Shown: piece by piece, positions 34,633 through 36,444 of the stretch
Layout: each line of letters begins with the position of its first letter
How positions within the stretch are numbered: position 1 is the first letter of the stretch
Source of the DNA: Desulfobacteraceae bacterium
GTDB lineage: Bacteria; Desulfobacterota; DSM-4660; Desulfatiglandales; HGW-15
Assembly (NCBI GenBank): GCA_050122535.1
Contig: JASFIT010000002.1
Location: forward strand, 1-36,444
Direction: 5' to 3'
DNA length: 36,444 nt
The notes under the pieces: generated by a model
Told to the model about the DNA's origin: nothing
What the model saw: only the letters and a program-made list of their open reading frames with translations
Databases searched by the model: none
Translations under genes and position numbers: made by a program

Positions 34633-35100
34633 TCAATCGGTCGGGCCGTAAAGCTGCATAGCCCTTCGCTCAAAAGCTTGGACACCGCGTCGCATGATGT
34701 CACTGAACAAGGGGCCCGCAACCCTTTCGAGAAATCTGGAGCGCAGCTCAAAGCCGGCATAGAAATGGGTAAGGCAGCTAGACTCGTCTGCCCGGTCAAA
34801 GGTCCATCGGACAGCAAAGTAGAGGAAGGGTCCATCGCTGGAGCTGATTTCAATGTGCTCGGGTCGTGTGAAAATGGCCTGAGTGACAAAACTTGTATGA
34901 AACCTCCCCATTCCCACCTCCTGGTCCACAAACACAACATCCCCATCGCGTTCTATGATGGTTGCTTCGTGCCATCCAGGCAAAAACTCCCCATAACTCT
35001 CCACATCGGAAACCAGATCGAACATCTGTTCAGGTGAAAAGGGAAGCTCTCGTGTCTCCTCATAAATCTCCATAAAACCTATACCTGAGGTGGTCAGCAT
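34633..35100 (-). CDS. SRPBCC-fold protein (RatA / CoQ10-binding / polyketide-cyclase family)
   Basis: LPFSPEQMFDLVSDVESYGEFLPGW at the N-terminus and overall length are typical of the family. An alternative ATG lies at 35073. Confidence 0.75.
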   Translation of the reverse strand: MLTTSGIGFMEIYEETRELPFSPEQMFDLVSDVESYGEFLPGWHEATIIERDGDVVFVDQEVGMGRFHTSFVTQAIFTRPEHIEISSSDGPFLYFAVRWTFDRADESSCLTHFYAGFELRSRFLERVAGPLFSDIMRRGVQAFERRAMQLYGPTD

Positions 35101-35276
35101 TGTCTTGCAGTGTGATTATTCGAGGCTTGGAAAGCGGGTTCTTCCTCATCATCGAATAGGGGAAGGATTGAAGTCCTCTGGTTAATTACAATTTTGTCCT
35201 TAACCTATTCAACGCTGAATTTCAAATCATTTTACTCCAAGGGCCAGGGCGCGTCGCTCAAACTGATTTCTGCCAG

Positions 35277-35308
35277 AAAAAAAGCCGGGGATAATATACC
35301 CCGGCTTT
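35277..35308 (-). terminator. Strong rho-independent terminator downstream of infA
   Basis: GCCGGGG-loop-CCCCGGC stem. On the minus strand it is followed by TTTTTTT. Confidence 0.85.
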
Positions 35309-35456
35309 GGTGAGACGTTTCTAAAGGTCAAAAATAGAGACAATTCCTCCTTTTCCTCAGGGAATCTCTACATGGGCCCCCACCTTGGGATTTCTCATCC
35401 TAGAGGCCCTTTTGGATCAAATCGCAACGGGAGTCATGGATTTCATTATCCTTTTA

Positions 35457-35675
35457 TCACTTGAAGCGGTAGGTTATGATTCCATGTGACGTATCATATG
35501 GGGAAACGCTTACCTGGACCCGATCCCCTTCTATGACTCTGATTCTGTTCTTCTTCATGCGGCCGGAAAGAACGGCCCTCACGGTTACATTGTTGTCGCA
35601 TTCGATTTCCATACCCCCGCGGCCCAGAACCCTGGTTACCACACCCTCCAATTGGATTAGATCGTTTCTTGCCAA
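35457..35675 (-). CDS. infA: Translation initiation factor IF-1 (divergent copy, TTG start)
   Basis: 72 aa with an S1-like fold signature ...SGRMKKNRIRVIEGDRVQVSVSPYDTSHGIITYRFK. The TTG is preceded by AAAGGAG, 4 nt upstream. Confidence 0.9.
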   Translation of the reverse strand: MARNDLIQLEGVVTRVLGRGGMEIECDNNVTVRAVLSGRMKKNRIRVIEGDRVQVSVSPYDTSHGIITYRFK

Positions 35676-35800
35676 AATACTCCTTTCACCATATTAAAAT
35701 AGGGAGGTGCACTGAGCGTTACTAAACCAGCATTTTATGGCATCGAGTGATTCCTAGTCAATAGGTTGTAAGAAAATTTTCAGGCCGGTGAAGATAAAGA

Positions 35801-36430
35801 TTATTTCATCTTGCGAATTCTTACCTCCACCTCTTTCACGTCCTTGAGTTGTTTTACAAGCTCGGACGTATCCGTTTGACCAAAGTGATAGGGATAGAGG
35901 ACTTTTGGTTTGAAAGCCCTTGCCGCATCAGCGACCATTTCCGGCGTCATGGTATATGGGAGGTTCATGGGCAAAAAGGCGACGTCGATATCCTTAAGCG
36001 CTTTCATCTCTGGTGTGTTCTCCGTGTCACCCGCCACATAAACTCGCTTGTCCCCAAAGGTGATCACATAACCATTACCCTGCCCTTTAGGATGATATGG
36101 AACGCCTGGGCTGCGCATATGGACGAGATTGTAAGCTGGGACTGCTTCTATTTTCAGCCCTCCCACAGTTTTCACATCCCCGTTATGCATCACGATACCC
36201 CCTTTTACCTTACCAGCACAGATCTCGGTGAGCACCAGAGCGGTTTGCTCTGTACGGACGAACTCTAAAGCCCTCAGGTCAAGGTGGTCGCGGTGCTGGT
36301 GCGTTATGAGGATGATATGGGCCTTCGGCATTTTGGAATAATCGGCCAACCGGGTCCACGGATCCACATGGATGACTCTGCCCTCAAAGGAAAAGATGAG
36401 CGTACCGTGTCCTATGAATGTGATCTCCAA
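35801..36430 (-). CDS. MBL-fold metallo-hydrolase
   Basis: HQHRDH (HxHxDH) motif and a later GD...H ligand pattern. TTG start MEITFIGHG. The frame stays open to the window end, so a longer N-terminus cannot be excluded. Confidence 0.8.
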   Translation of the reverse strand: MEITFIGHGTLIFSFEGRVIHVDPWTRLADYSKMPKAHIILITHQHRDHLDLRALEFVRTEQTALVLTEICAGKVKGGIVMHNGDVKTVGGLKIEAVPAYNLVHMRSPGVPYHPKGQGNGYVITFGDKRVYVAGDTENTPEMKALKDIDVAFLPMNLPYTMTPEMVADAARAFKPKVLYPYHFGQTDTSELVKQLKDVKEVEVRIRKMK

Positions 36431-36444
36431 TTTGCCAGCCGATG

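Noticed and set aside
1-36444. CRISPR arrays, rRNA genes, transposase/integrase genes, recognisable defence or toxin systems
   Set aside because: I looked for regularly spaced direct repeats and hallmark motifs on both strands and found none. The repeats present are irregular palindromic or interspersed elements.

Overview
This 36.4-kb chromosomal window is mostly housekeeping genes. Most lie on the minus strand: glk, ttcA, yggS, rdgB, phosphomannomutase and mannose-1-P guanylyltransferase, argJ, secA, an M23 peptidase, uvrC, hisD and infA. The host looks like an anaerobic, cytochrome-rich, selenocysteine-using bacterium, possibly Desulfobacterota-like. That taxonomic guess is inference only. 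All product names come from motifs read by eye, with no database search.

The items most worth a second look are:
1. An unannotated in-frame TGA (8329..8331) joins the 64-aa track ORF 8116..8310 to 33 upstream codons. The result is a 104-aa HesB/IscA-like selenoprotein with a candidate SECIS hairpin, a strong SD and its own terminator.
2. A cluster of a GcvH-family carrier, an LplA-type ligase and a non-LipA radical-SAM gene (24576..27311). It resembles the recently described LipS-type lipoate assembly route.
3. A tRNA-Lys/tRNA-Glu pair in which the last 14 nt of tRNA-Glu plus 8 downstream nt recur 1.27 kb later. The two copies bracket a porin gene, like att sites.
4. A cluster of a Fur-family regulator, a di-haem peroxidase, a Tat-exported metallophosphoesterase and a monohaem cytochrome. 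A palindromic operator lies over the regulator's own promoter.
5. A monocistronic small protein made of hexad [DE]RR[SK] repeats.
6. An unusually dense set of interspersed structured repeats, including two ~230-bp MITE-like elements that share a hairpin module.

I saw no CRISPR array, rRNA, transposase, integrase or recognisable defence system.
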